DNA of 64,000 bases from Guillardia theta CCMP2712 (GCF_000315625.1 NW_005434592.1:286126-350125); one strand, 5' to 3'; shown: positions 37,819-50,913, counted from the stretch's first letter. Made by a program: numbers and translations. Notes: a model not told the origin generated them from the letters alone.

Positions 37819-39292
37819 GTCCAGAAAACAAAAACCAACACGAGTGGACTGTTACTTGCTGATTACAGTGAACACACCCATTCTGTACGATAAAATGGCT
37901 GATTTTAGCTGTCACCTACGAACAGAAGACATCTTTTCAGTAGACAGTTTGCATGCAGGGAACAACAGGATCGGTGAGCGCAACCACAACAAAGGCAAAC
38001 ACTAACAAGCGGAGAATCGTGAAAGTCGAGCAAGCAATGAGCCAAATGTGAGTTTCGCGCAGATTCTGGAACATGTAACAAGTGATTCATCGTGTGAATA
38101 AGCTCATGCCTGCCCTGTACGACTATGATCTCAATCATGGATGCACCATCAGGCGAGGCACGCAGTCCCAAGACAAGTAGAGCTGGAAACCAGAGCAAGA
38201 GTACAAAGACAAGAAACACAAACTGAAACGGTGTCTTTGTAAGTGACATGGATACACCAAGAACGAAGACTTCTCGCATTCGACTGGATCAGTGGAATTC
38301 GACTGGATCACTTCAGATGCTGGGTGAGCAGTGATAAGGCAAAGAAGCACACTCGACACGATAGGAATAAAGACCGGCTAGGCAGAGAAGAAGAGAGCAG
38401 AACAACACGCATGACAGTCGTGATTGACTTCGGTTCCATCATTTCTCTCAACAATTCAGGGCGCTGCAATGCGGAATGGAGTGCATGTCACGTCAATGCG
38501 CAACTTTCAACAGTAATGTTAGAAAGTCACGAAGGGTGGGGTAGTGCAAAGGGTGGTGCCCTGGGATACATGGGGTGGGGTGGGAGGTAAAGGGGTAAAG
38601 ACAGAAATCCTGTGTGGGTGTGTTTCGGAATGAAGTAGAGACCACCCCCTCTTTACCCTTCAACAAAAGGGACATGCATACCGTGGGTGGGTAACAAGAA
38701 AGGCGCATCTGTGGTAAAGAGCACTGTTGGGGTTTCATTTCCGAAGTAGAGGGTGGTGGGGTGGTATCACGTGGTTCACAAGGGTGGGTCTCCATAGGGT
38801 AGGGTAGGGTATCGACAAAGGTTCGGAATAGGCCTGAGGCACTACCGGTACTGGTGCTGGTCAAATGTTGGGTGAGTTATTCCGCAGGCTACCTTATATC
38901 ACAGAGGGGGTGGTTGAGACCTAGGAAATAGGGGTACGATTGGAATGTTGGTGAAGGGTCCATTAAAATGTGTTAGATCCCAAAAGAACGAAAAGTGATC
39001 CAATTGAAGCTGCTCCATTGATATTTGAAACTAGAAATTGAATTTTCAAAATTTTCCAAACCCATCCTGAGACTAGCTAGAAGTTGTGATGACTGTCGGA
39101 ATTGAAGTAACGTGACCATACCCCGGACTGTCGTCACACCCCCTGATATCACCTGGAGGGCCATACGGTAGTACAGTACCGACTCCGAGTCTACTATCAT
39201 TCGCCGCGGTGCTCAGCTACTGACCCGGCCACACTGACCCCGTCACGGCCGGCGTCGGTCCCCACATCGTATGGTGCGGCACTTGTCAGCTA

Positions 39293-40442
39293 GGGCAATC
39301 ATCAATTTCCAATCAACAAATTTTTGGAGTAATCATTTTCCAATCAACGAAAGTTTGCAGTAATCATTTTCCAATCAACTTTTTGAAACAATAATCATTT
39401 TCCAATCAAAACTCCCCGTTTCGTACCGTTACACGTATCTGAAACGGTCGTAACCGTATACTAGGAGGAAGGCACTAGCTATGGTGATGACACAGACTCA
39501 GGCGTGGGGAGGGTACGAGGGGAAAGGGGGTGGTGGTGATGTGGGAAGACCGGTGTAAATGACTGCATTTGAAAGGTAATATGGGGGAGGGGGGTACTGG
39601 CATAGGATTGTATGGTTGGGGGGGGGGGGACGTGGTGGCGGTGTGTGATGACCACCGGTGTGTTTGACTGATAGAATGGTACATNNNNNNNNNNNNNNNN
39701 NNNNNNNNNNNNNNNNNNNNNNNNNNNNNNNNNNNNNNNNNNNNNNNNNNNNNNNNNNNNNNNNNNNNNNNNNNNNNNNNNNNNNNNNNNNNNNNNNNNN
39801 NNNNNNNNNNNNNNNNNNNNNNNNNNNNNNNNNNNNNNNNNNNNNNNNNNNNNNNNNNNNNNNNNNNNNNNNNNNNNNNNNNNNNNNNNNNNNNNNNNNN
39901 NNNNNNNNNNNNNNNNNNNNNNNNNNNNNNNNNNNNNNNNNNNNNNNNNNNNNNNNNNNNNNNNNNNNNNNNNNNNNNNNNNNNNNNNNNNNNNNNNNNN
40001 NNNNNNNNNNNNNNNNNNNNNNNNNNNNNNNNNNNNNNNNNNNNNNNNNNNNNNNNNNNNNNNNNNNNNNNNNNNNNNNNNNNNNNNNNNNNNNNNNNNN
40101 NNNNNNNNNNNNNNNNNNNNNNNNNNNNNNNNNNNNNNNNNNNNNNNNNNNNNNNNNNNNNNNNGGAGGGGTACGAACGGAGGGTTTAAAGGGGGGTGGA
40201 GGGGTGGGGTAAAGTTCCAAAATGGAGAGTTGAAAGTTTGAAAGTTGATTTTGATTGGAAAATGATTGCAAAAGTATACGGTTACGACCGTTTCAGATAC
40301 GTGTAACGGTACGAAACGGGGAGTTTTGATTGGAAAATGATTATTGTTTCAAAAAGTTGATTGGAAAATGATTACTGCAAACTTTCGTTGATTGGAAAAT
40401 GATTACTCCAAAAATTTGTTGATTGGAAATTGATGATTGCCC
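39293..40442. mobile_element. Mutator-like (MULE/Foldback-type) element, probably non-autonomous
   Basis: 170-bp terminal inverted repeats (39293-39462, 40273-40442) starting GGGC, with internal AATCATTTTCCAATCAA subrepeats; exact 9-bp TSD TGTCAGCTA (39284-39292, 40443-40451). Confidence 0.9.
39685..40164. other. Assembly gap (N run) inside the MULE
   Basis: Run of N. Confidence 1.
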
Positions 40443-40451
40443 TGTCAGCTA

Positions 40452-41010
40452 CGGAACATCGGAACGGTTATTAAGGCTGTAAGCGGCCAGTGGTACCCTG
40501 AGCCTCGGAGTCGGATTCGAACTTCGGAATTCCGAACTCGGAAGTTCAATTACCGTTGGGAGTCTACGGGAGACCGTTTCAGAGTCACGGCGGCCCGACG
40601 GTCCATGATCTGATCGTATACTAGCGGTGACAGAGAGGGTGAGTCATATCAGTATGATCCACAGGGTCCGGCCGGACCGGGTGATCGGACCGAAACAAAC
40701 TTTGCGAGTTGGCGCGGAGGGCCCGATCGAGTCCGATGATCGGACCCGGCGGCCGCGGCGGCCGGGCGGCGCCGGGCCCGGGGCCCCGGGCGGCCCCGGC
40801 CCGCGGCCGCGCCATCATGCCACTAAGCACAGTGAACGCCTGGATCCCGGAGTCCAGCCTGATTCAAGCCGGACTCGGGAGGCCGCCTCCGCCGGGCCGC
40901 ACTGGCGCGCGGCCGTTCTCGGGGCCTCCGTCGGCGACCGACCGAGTAATCGGCCCGGCCCAGTGGCAGTACGGTATGCCAGGCTTTTAGTCAAAGTTAA
41001 GTTAAAAACA
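40452..41010. repeat. GC-rich intergenic island, continuing 39180-39283 and split by the MULE
   Basis: CCGG/GGCC-rich; palindrome TTCGGAATTCCGAA at 40523-40536; TTTAGTCAAAGTTAAGTTAAAAA from 40986. Confidence 0.75.
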
Positions 41011-41086
41011 AAGGATTAAATTTTAAAAATCAATATTATGCTCTGGTCTGCCAGTGACTGTGGCTGAAACATCGGGAAAAGTGCCA

Positions 41087-44053
41087 ATGCGAAACAGTAG
41101 CTGTGTGGGCATGGGAGGCTTGAGCGGGAAGATGGGAGCGTTGGGTATGGAGGAGAATGAAGAAGAGGAGAAGAGTAGTGGCAATAAGAAGTATCAGAAC
41201 AACGTGGGCAAGGCGGAGGAGGAGGGGGTGGGAAGGGGGGGGGGGGGCACGATGAACATGATCGGAATCGTCACACTAGTACAACTTGGAGGCAACCTGA
41301 TGCCGAAGCTGAGAGGCGACACGGGATTTCATCGAGTCCCTTCGAAGGAATGTCCTGTGCCATCGTGAGCGTTGGGGGGAGCGTGAGATGGGAGGAGGGA
41401 ACTCATGGCCCTAGAATCTTTCGTGGAAGGCGACAGCTTTATCTGATAGCAGATCATGAAGGCGCCAAGTTGAGATCAGGGGGAATCGGTACGGATCGCA
41501 ATCACTTATGGCAGCTGGAGAATGTTCGAGAGGAGGAGAACGTCTTGTGGTTTGGTCTGAGATCGATGAACAACGGGAAGGTGTTGTCCAGCACAGAAGA
41601 CGGGGTGAAGTCACTGCCTTGACTGCTCGATGGAAAGGACGCAGAGCTGACACAGGAGCAGGAGATCAAGATGGTGGATCAGCTCGATGAGGATTGTATC
41701 TGGAGAGTGAGGAGCGTTTGTTTCTTGTTGGTTGGTTATGAACCTCTTCTCCCTCCTCTCCCTCTGTAGATTCCCGTCGAAGCAGCTCGCTTGCTTGTCG
41801 GCCTTCCGTGCAAGGTTCCCTTGGCTCGGGGTGTGGAGAGGTCTGATAGTCTGCAGGTGAAGTCCTCCTGCGACAGTAAGACCCCGTCCTTCCTTCCCTT
41901 TCTCACCTCATGCAGGATACTTGTCGGTAGCCCCTTCTATGGGTAACGAGGAAGGGTCGAGCCAACAGCATGAGAGGATTGTGCGGACGACAGCAGATCG
42001 AAGAAAGAAGGCAGGAGAGTTCTGCTTCCATGGGCTGGGAAGAAGAGCAGAAGCTGTGTGGGGATGGAGCTCGGTCAAGAAAGAGTGAGCTCGGCTGTTC
42101 TGATCCTTGCAGTAGCGGGTATGAATGTTCACTGCAGACACACATCGCACCCCAGTCTTGAGGCTCTTGATGGGAGGAGATGGATCCTGCTGATTCGCCA
42201 TGGTCTCTCTGTTGCAAACACACAGAAAGATGTAAGGGGAGCGGGAAGAGACAGAGGGGGACGGAGACAGAAAAGAGTAGGGAGGGAGGCAGGAGGGGGG
42301 GCAGGCAGGCAGGCATGCAGGCAGGCAGAAAATTCTGTTCAGATGCAGGATAAGGGTGGGAGGGATGTGCGGGATGAGTCAAGGTGCAGCAGGAGGTGGG
42401 AGAGAAGGAGCAGAGTAAGCGGAGAAGATGGCGGGGACGAGGAGGTCTGCTGGCTCATCTGGCTGACTCCGCGACTCTCCAGGTATTCTTCGGCAGTTGT
42501 GATGAGCGGTGCGTTGAGCTGCAGAGACAGGAAGAGGAGAGATGACGAGGGGGGGGAGGAAGGGGGGGGAGACACGTTCATAATCCGATTCTACCTCGCC
42601 AGCTTCATCGATGCAGGGCTGAGCCCCGTCGGCCGACGTCAGGTACTCGCACAAGCCACGTCCCTTGCTCTTTCCCCTACCTCTTGCCTTGTCCCTTTCC
42701 TTGTGTGTCCTTCAAAACTCTGATCCACATTCTCTATTTCCTCCCTCTCCCCTCTCTGCCCCTCCCACAACCATACCTCACGTCTCTTCTCGATTCCTTC
42801 TCTCTTTCTATCACGCTCTCATTTGCTGCCCTTCCTCTCTATCGCTCGGATTGCTGTCCCTCTCCTTCCTTTCCCTCTCGCACCAGCTATGGCGAGCTTA
42901 CCGCCACGAACTCGCGCGTGCAGGCAGAAGCTCTATCCCCCGTGCTCGAGGCCTTCAAGCCTGACCTCATCCTCTCGTCTCCGATGCGGAGGGCGATTCA
43001 GACTTGCATGCTCGCCTTGGAGGGATCCCCGTCCTCTCCTCCGATCGTGCTGCACCCGGTGATATCTCCTGCGAGACTTCTCATTCCCCTTCCGTTCCTT
43101 CCAATTCTTCTCTCCATCCACCGTTCATCTTCTCCCTCCCTCCTCCCTCCTCCCTCCTCCCTCCTCCCTCCTCCCTCCTCCCTCCTCCCTCCTCCCTCCT
43201 CCCTCCTCCCTCCTTATCAATGTTTCATCAGACAGCAATGGAATGTGCGGGAGAAGGTCACGAGAATGAAGGCCGGGTCGTCGAGCAAGTCAGTGATCTG
43301 TTATGACTCCCCCTGCTCCTCCTGATCTCCCTCCAGCCCGTTGCTCCGCCTCCCTCAACTTGATCTTCAACTCTCACTCTCTTCATCTCAACAGATCTCG
43401 CAAGACGTGGAGTTTCAGTGCTTCGCACATTGGAGGAAGGTGAACCTGCAGGAGATGCCGGATGGCGCATGGTGACTCTAATGATGGGCGCGGGAAGAAG
43501 GGGAGAGTAAGTCCTGGGCAGGTGGGAGGAGGAGAGAGAAAGGATCAAGCAAGCTGGAGGAAGGAAAGCTCAGGTATGGTCTACGAGGTGGAGGGAGATG
43601 AAGGTGATGAAGGCAGCAGGCAAGGAGTCTGGTCTCCTGGTTGAAGCATCGCTCAGAGCGGAAGGTTTCATCCTCCTCCCCTACTGCACCATCTCCAGAA
43701 TCGAATCAAATCCAGTCAGCTCCTCCCCGTCTCCCTAATCTCGTCCCTTCCTCTCCTCTGGTGTCTGCTGTCCTGTTGAGAGCTGATAATCTACAGATTG
43801 CCGTATTCACACACTGGGGGCTGGTACTGAACCTTCTCCTCTGCCTCACTCTTTTCCTTCCCGTCTCCCTCCCCTTCTTGCGCTCGTGACTTGAAGGTTG
43901 TTCCCCTGCCATCTTACGTACGAGCAGGTCGAGGCCTTCAGCGGAAGAAGCGCCAGCAACGGAGGACCGATGATCGACTTCCTCTTCGCTCCTGTTGACC
44001 CCGCTCTCCCTCCCCGCAAGTGGGATTGGTTTCATGCTCGCAAGAGGGACTGA
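41087..44053 (+). CDS. Histidine phosphatase (phosphoglycerate mutase-like) with possible fascin-like N-terminal domain
   Basis: ILLIRHGLSVAN (RHG motif), DAGLSPVGRRQ|AEAL, LILSSPMRRAIQT, VREK, IAVFTHWG; start uncertain; stop 44051-44053. Confidence 0.8.
43133..43212 (+). repeat. Intronic (CTCCCTC)n heptamer array
   Basis: Homopyrimidine tandem repeat. Confidence 0.85.
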
Positions 44054-44094
44054 CAGCAGGGAGAGAGGGACGTCCGAAGTAGCAAGAGTTCATA

Positions 44095-45523
44095 TCAAAG
44101 AGGAGCTCGGAGATCTGCCTGAATTCTATCCTGCCTGTTAAGCATCTGCTGCTGATTACGGTGCATTTCCATCTCGATGTACCTGGAAGCAAGTGTTCAG
44201 TTCTCCCCCCAGCAGCCTCATCGGCCCCTCTGCATCCTCGTAGCTTCACTGGTCCTGTTGACCTTTCCTCCTCCTCCTCCTCCTCCTCCTCCTCCTCCTC
44301 CCCTCAGACATATCGTAACCTCCCCTTCTCTCCCTCCTCACTTACCTCTGACACTCTTCCATACTCCGCGTTCCTACCTCCTAGCACACGAATCAACACG
44401 CTCGGGCAACACAAGAAGCTCGCATGCGCTACCCTCGCTATCAGCTCCACGTGCTGTGTGCCATGAGTGTGAAGGGCACGGAAGAGAGTCTCCCGCTCCT
44501 GCGCGCTCCATGGCCTGACGCTCCCTCCTGCCATACCAGCACCGGGCTGAAGCATCTGCTCCCGAGGTCGGTTGGGACTGGCAGAGGACGTGAGACGAGC
44601 AGGTGACGGTTGATTGAGAGTCACCTCAACCCCCTCGCGTCCCCAGCTCCTTCCTCCGCTGTGAACTTGCGCGCTGCCGGCATGAACTGGCTCCCACCTG
44701 CTGGGGTTGATCGTCAGTAAGGAAGGAGGAGAGAGAAAACCTGCGTATTCGTTCTCGATCTCTCAGACTTTCCCTATCCATCCACAACTCTTCGTCCTCC
44801 TTTCCCTCCCTTTTCTTCTCTTTCTATCTGGCCCTCTCGCTCTCCAACTTTCCATTGCCTTCCTGTAGTGTAGAGCTCGTGTCAAACAAACCTGAAGAAG
44901 CGTCGGGAAAGCTATCCTGCCCTTGGTTCACCCTGGCATGCATCGCAACATTGCTGGTGTTGTTCACCACCTGATCCCCGATCGTTCCCAACATGAACTG
45001 AAGGCAATCAAAGTCTCATTCATTGAAAGCAACCAAACTGAAGCTCACGAGATTCTTGTGAAGCTTCTGCAAGTAAGCTGCGCAGTGCTGTTGCCTCCCT
45101 TGCATTTGGTTCTCGACGATCTGGACGATGCGATGGTCATTCGTGAAGAATTCTTCCGCATCTCGATGTCCATCTTACAGGCCTCAGCCTCCTCTCCTCC
45201 CCCACCCTCCACCCAACTTTACTGATGTCGCTCCGTGTCTTCTTGCCCCTTCCCCCCAACCCATCCCCACCACCTGCTCCTTCCTCTCTCCTCCCCTCTC
45301 CTCCTTTCATCTCCTCCTCCCCTCTCCTCCTCTCATCTCCTCCTCCCCTCTCCTCCTCTCATCTCCTCCTCCCCTCTCCTCCTTTCATCTCTTCCTCTCA
45401 TCTCTTCCTCTCTCCTTCCCTCTCCCTCTCTCCTCCTCTCCCCTCCTCTCGTCTCACCGCGAGGATCAGCTGCTGGTTCTCGTCCAGAATCTTTTGCACG
45501 CTGCTTCTGCTCATTCCCTCCAT
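44095..45523 (-). CDS. SSXT (SS18/GIF-type SNH) domain fused to a C-terminal Myb/SANT domain
   Basis: Spliced MEGMSRSSVQKILDENQQLILA|IVENQMQGRQQHCAAYLQKLHKNL|FMLGTIGD, later WSAQERETLFRALHTHGTQHVELIAR|EVGTRSMEECQR|YIE; stop at 44095. Confidence 0.85.
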
Positions 45524-45956
45524 CTTCCCGCCAATATGAACCACCCCACCCTACCTGTATTTCAGATCGCCCTAGTATTTTTGGGGACCCACCCTGGTGT
45601 TGAAATACAGTCCTTTTACACTAGAAACTACCGGTCATTTCATACAGCTCAGGACATCACCCCCCACCCCCCGGTTTCCACGACCAGCCCTAATAAATCT
45701 GATCACCCACCCTATTTGTCTAATTGACACCACCCCACCATTTTCCTTTTGGGAGACCCTACCTTAGAGAGAATATTTTTCCAAGGAGGGTTTCCCACAA
45801 CTACTAAGCCTGAAAACAAACTTGAATAGAGCCGGTTTATTTGATATCAAATTTTATGGTAGGGGTACATCATGGATACCCTCACCGGAAATTTCTGGGC
45901 CGTCAGTTACCGCCATGGAGTGAACCTCCGTTCTAGCGAGCAAGGGAAGCTAAGTC

Positions 45957-45958
<2 letters not shown>

Positions 45959-46042
<84 letters not shown>
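45959..46042 (+). repeat. (GACGAG)13 microsatellite
   Basis: Perfect hexamer array between divergent genes. Confidence 0.95.
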
Positions 46043-46274
46043 CTGGTGAAGGGAGACATGTTGTGGTGAAGAGACTGTGATTCCTGTCATGGAGATGCAA
46101 CAGTAAGCATTCCTCGACGTAATAAGCAAACAATGCGAAGCTGATGGGAACCCGTCGAGGTCTAAGGAAGCGAACAGAAAGAGGTCAATTGAACAATAAG
46201 ACGGCATGCTGAGCTGTCAAAGTAATTGAGCGTGAAATTCAGCCAGTGCAAGACTTTGAGAAAGACGTGAAAGC

Positions 46275-49200
46275 ATGTTTCATGACGACGGTAGAAATAT
46301 GGTGGGCAGGTTGAGTCGGAATGATCGAAGTATGCAAAACGAGAACTTGAGTCTAGCCCAGCAGCTCAAGCAGCAGATGCAGAGCGATAGAGACAGGAAG
46401 AAGAGGATGAAGGAGGAGGATCAATCAGGTACCAACCACAGCAAGGGTGCAGTAAATGAGAATGGGACAGCTGACAGTGTTGCCAGGGCATCAAGGTTTG
46501 CTGTTGCCTTCCATGCAAGGAAGAAACAACCAGCAGGACTCCCTCAGGTCTTATTGGTCTTTGACTTGATCTGACAGGTGCTGACTCCTTCTCCCTGCAG
46601 TTCGTTCCTTCAGGACCATCATGCAGAGCGACGAGAAGTGTTGTATCCTCCAGTGCCCGGGAGAAGACTGATGATGGAGGGGAGGTTGGAGCAGCAGGGT
46701 GTCAATCTTTCCGCCTGGGAGCAGGTGCGACCCTCGTTTCTTCCTCCCATGGATCCGTGGAGGAGGGAGGAGCCGCGAGCCGTCCCCGCTGTTGATCCCA
46801 AGAGAGCCTACGCTGAGGAGCTGAGAATGCAGATGGAGGAGAATCGACAGCGAAAGCAGGCAGAGAAGCAGCAGGAGAGAGAAAGGAGAGGCTGGCAACC
46901 CATGGATGCTCCTCCTCAGCCCCTTCCCTATGCCTTCCCTACCGCCAGGGCTCCTCCCAAGGACTTCTTGTCCCCTTTCCGTCTGAACTGGAGGGAGGAG
47001 GAGAAAAACTTTCTCCGCGCTCCTGCTCCCCTCGGGGTGAAGTACCTGAGCAAGGACCCGCCAGTCAAGTTCGAGGAGAGGAGGAGACCTCAGCAGGAGC
47101 TGCAGCAGGACGTGAGAGCGTCCAACGCCCAGCCCAGCAGGGGGATGGACAAGGCAGCATACGCAGCGGAGCTGCAAGCGCAGATAGAAGAGAAGAAGGA
47201 GAGGGAGAGCAGGAGGAAGCAGGAAGAGAGAGAGCATGACGAGCGGATAGACAGGTCGATCGAAGGATACGACCCGTGGGGCCGGGCAGGAGCAGGGGCT
47301 CCGCACAGGGACGAGGAGGGGAATGTCATCGCAGACCTCCGAGCTCGCGGCTTACCTGCCATCAGCGGAGAGAAAAGTCTGGCGGCCTACGATAAATTCT
47401 ATGGAGTTGAGAACGGGAGGGCAGGAGCAGGAGCAGGATGGGAAGGAGGGAAGCAGGCAGAGGATCGGAGATGGTCTAGCGCCGTGGATGGGGGAGGGAT
47501 GTCGGATGAAGAGAAGGAGAGGGAAGAGCGAAACCTGAAGCAGCAGATGCTGAGGAGGGATCTTGAGGAGCAGATTGAGGAGAAGAAAAGGCAGAGAGAG
47601 AGGGAGAGGCTGCAGGAAAGAGAGCTGCAGATGAAGGAGGAGGCAAGGTAAGCCTTTCCCCTTCTGGCCCTAACCACCCCATTCCAGTCCCCACATATCC
47701 ACCATCTCCATTTCTCCTCCTCCTCCTCCTATGTCTGACACTTTCACTATTGATTTACCAACACCAACACTACTCTACCCCGTTCTCCCCTCGCTGATCT
47801 TCATCGGTCGCTTCCTTGCTGCTCATTTGTCTCCTCCTGTCCTCTCAAGCTTCTTATCATCTTCCTGCAGACTGCGCAGAGCAGGAGTTCGCGTCCCTTC
47901 CTCGCTCGCCATCGGAGAAGGAGATGACAGGCTGCCGGCCATCGAAGAAGAGCTCGGAGGAGCGATCCTCAAGACCGAAGACCAACTCTCCGGGAACCAG
48001 GAGGAGGAGGACGAGAGGGGGAAGGGGGAGGAGGAGGAGGACGGCCTGCTCAAGGACTTCAGACTGTACAAGAAGACAAGCCTCTCGGACATCCGCAAAC
48101 TTGACACTGACGAGAAGTATGCCAAGTTGCAACAGGAGCTGAGGGTGAGAACATCGGCACTCGATGATCTTGTTGCTCATTCATGGCAGGACATCATAAA
48201 GGTACAAGAGTCTATCCGAGGGGAACTCGCTCGGCAGGTACTCCTCCTTCCTTCTCCTCCTCCCTCTCTTCTCCCTCCCTCCCTGCTCCCTCCCTCCCTT
48301 CTCCTCCTCTCTCCCTTTTCTTCTTCTCTCCCTTCTCCTCTCCCCTCCTACCTTCCTCTCCTTCTCTTCCTCCCCTCTCCTCCTCTTGTTGGCGTCCTTC
48401 TCATTTGTTGCTATGAGAAGAATGTTGAGATCTCAAGGATGAGCTCACAATCAACAGTGAATGTCATTTCGAGCAAACAGGCAAAGGTAAGGCAACCATG
48501 TAAAGGAGCGAAGAACTGACAATGACGCAGGTGTTGATGGAAGATTACTACAACAATATCCTGGTAGTGAGAAATAGAAGAGAGGGGTGAATGATTGGAG
48601 ACGAGGGGGGGGGGCAAGAGGATATTGTGAGTGAGGAGGAGGTGTAGCCATGAATGCTGATCCTTGCTTCTACAGCAGAATGACGACTGGAGAAATCAGA
48701 AGCCAAAGTTCGAACCTCAACAAGAGGTAGCATGTGATTCACATTCATTCTTTATCTTCCTCCTGTGCCTTCTATACTCTCTTGCGCTTCTTAATCTCTT
48801 GCCATTTCTTACACCCTGCATACCTTTCACTCCTGTCCTGTCCTCTCTTCTTTTTTCTCATTCGTTTCTCTCCTCCTCTTCGATCTTGATTTCTATTGGT
48901 TTCATCCTGTGATTGAATTGTATCCTACTCTCATTCTCTCTTGCTTAATTACCTCCTTTCAGCCGTCTTCTCGCCCCGTGAATGCATCGACCAATCAGAT
49001 CCCAGCCATCATCCGATCCGGTACATTCACATCGTTCATTGTATCCTCATCTTTGCCTTTTGGTTGCTCCTCCTCCTCCTCCTCCTCCTCCTCCTCCTCC
49101 TCCTCCTCCTCCTCCTCCTTTCCTTCCATCCACTTTTGCCCTATCAGCTCTCACACCCGTCCTCCTCTTCTTCCTCCTCTTCCTCGTCCTCGTCCTTCCC

Positions 49201-49439
49201 TCTCCGTCTCCCTCCTTTCCTCCTGCTACCTCTCATCGCTGGCAACAGAAGCGAAGCTGCTTTACCCCAATGACCCCAACTACACGGGGCTTGGCATGCA
49301 GGAGTCGCTCATGAGAGGAGGAGGGGAGGAGGAAGGGAAGTTGGATCTCGATCGTCTCATCCTCAAGAACAAGATGCGACTGGCAGAACTGAGGAGGAGC
49401 ATGAATGGGGTGAGAGGCTTTCAGCATGACATGATTTGA
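46275..49439 (+). CDS. CSPP1/CCDC66-like centrosome/ciliary coiled-coil protein
   Basis: Repeated Y..EL..Q(M/I)EE..R motifs; GYDPWGRAGAGAPHRDEEGNVIADL resembles the CSPP1 PWG.GG.GAP.RD..GN motif; C-terminal LDRLILKNKMRLAEL. Confidence 0.7.
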
Positions 49440-49699
49440 TTTTCCTCCCTGCTCTCCTCTTCCTCCTCCACAACCACCAACACTGCCACTGCCTCCTCCC
49501 TTTACCATCAACATCATCACCACCACCACCTTCACCTCCTCCTCCTCCTCGTACCCTTCACTTTCGTACCCTGTGCCTCTACTCGGTTTCCCCTCCTTCT
49601 GGATCCTTCGAGCTCTGCTCTTGCCGTGAGCAATTTTCACTAGTTCTGATGTCAATGTTCAGGCTTCGTGACTCGCAGGGTCCTCATATTGAATGATCA

Positions 49700-50913
49700 T
49701 GTTAACTGTAAATCATGGACATGTAATGAAATGATGAAACATAACGCTTGCTGATGCAAACCGACAACTTTTGGTTGCACATCGACTCTGTCTTCCTCTA
49801 TCCCGGTCTTCTTGTGCAGACATCTCGTGAGTGTCTTGATGCTCATATCGTTATCTAGTCAAGATTACCGTTACTGTCCCTCGTTTTTATCACATGTCAA
49901 GTCTAATGTTGCACTGCCTCCCTTATCTCTTCATGTCTAGTTTTGTACTTCAATACCTCACTGACCTCCACGTCTCTTGTGAAAGCTTCAATCCTTTCTT
50001 TGGATTTGCATGTCTAGTCTTATATTGCACTATCTTACATTTGCATGTTCAATCTTGTTTCTAACGGTTCTATTCGCTTGCATCACGTTGTCGTGATATC
50101 GTTTTGTACACGTTTGCATCAAGTTGTTGTAATATCTTTCTGTACATGTTTGAAGAACTTCTTGGGGTCCTACAAGTTCACGCATGTCATTGATCAGCCT
50201 GTGAGCATGAGTAGGAGACTCACCATTGAGCTGTAAGCTTCTGTCTGTGCGTTAGGATTTGAGGACAGCGACAAGTCCACGCGCTCGGTTTGGCTCCTTC
50301 TGCGGAAGACGAATCTCTTCCCTCCTGCGACCTCACGGTTAAGAGCGTCACGAGCTGGCCGTCTCCTGAGCTTGTTCTTGGAAAGCTGCTAGAGGTCAGA
50401 GGTCAACATGAAGCCTGAAGCTCAAACGCACCTGCTCCTGCTCTCCTCGATCAACGTCGTCTACTATCAGCCGCGGCGTCGTGCTCTTGAAGTTGAAGAG
50501 ATCCGCCCGCGACCGATCGCTGTCTACGCTTCTCTGACCTGCACAAGATCTCGGATCTGACGTGTATGGTCGCCGTCTTGCCGGTGTGAAGCTTGGCATC
50601 GGACAGAAGAAGGAGGACAGGTAAGGGTCAGACGGGAGGTCCCAGCCGTGCGGGCTGATTCCTATGTGAGAGCCCAGAGAATAAGCAGCGCGGGAGTGAA
50701 GGAAGACAGGAAGAGCGACAGGAGGACGAGTGCGAGGCCTTGGCTTCGAGTTAACACTGAGAGGCTTCAGCAAGTTCTTCAAGGAATCAGGTCGAGTGGG
50801 ACCGGGCAGCCTGGAGGAAGCATCAACGAGCGAGCACAGCAGAGGTCCGGGTCAAGCATCATAATGTACCGTACTTGGATGTGCTAGCACTCATGTTCGA
50901 TCGGCGGCAGCAT
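49700..50913 (-). CDS. Hypothetical basic protein (multi-exon)
   Basis: Exon chain MLPPIEHE|..KNLLKPLSV..|LPSDPYLSSFF..GEQEQ|LSKNKLRRR; 3' end unclear. Confidence 0.35.

Noticed and set aside
39293-39462. AATCATTTTCCAATCAA repeats with variable spacers as CRISPR or iterons
   Set aside because: They are mirrored at 40273-40442 and bounded by a TSD, so they are TIR subrepeats
39498-40271. Long ORFs through the N run
   Set aside because: Artefacts of the assembly gap
45872-46069. Poly-DE ORF
   Set aside because: Explained by the (GACGAG)n microsatellite; no other coding evidence
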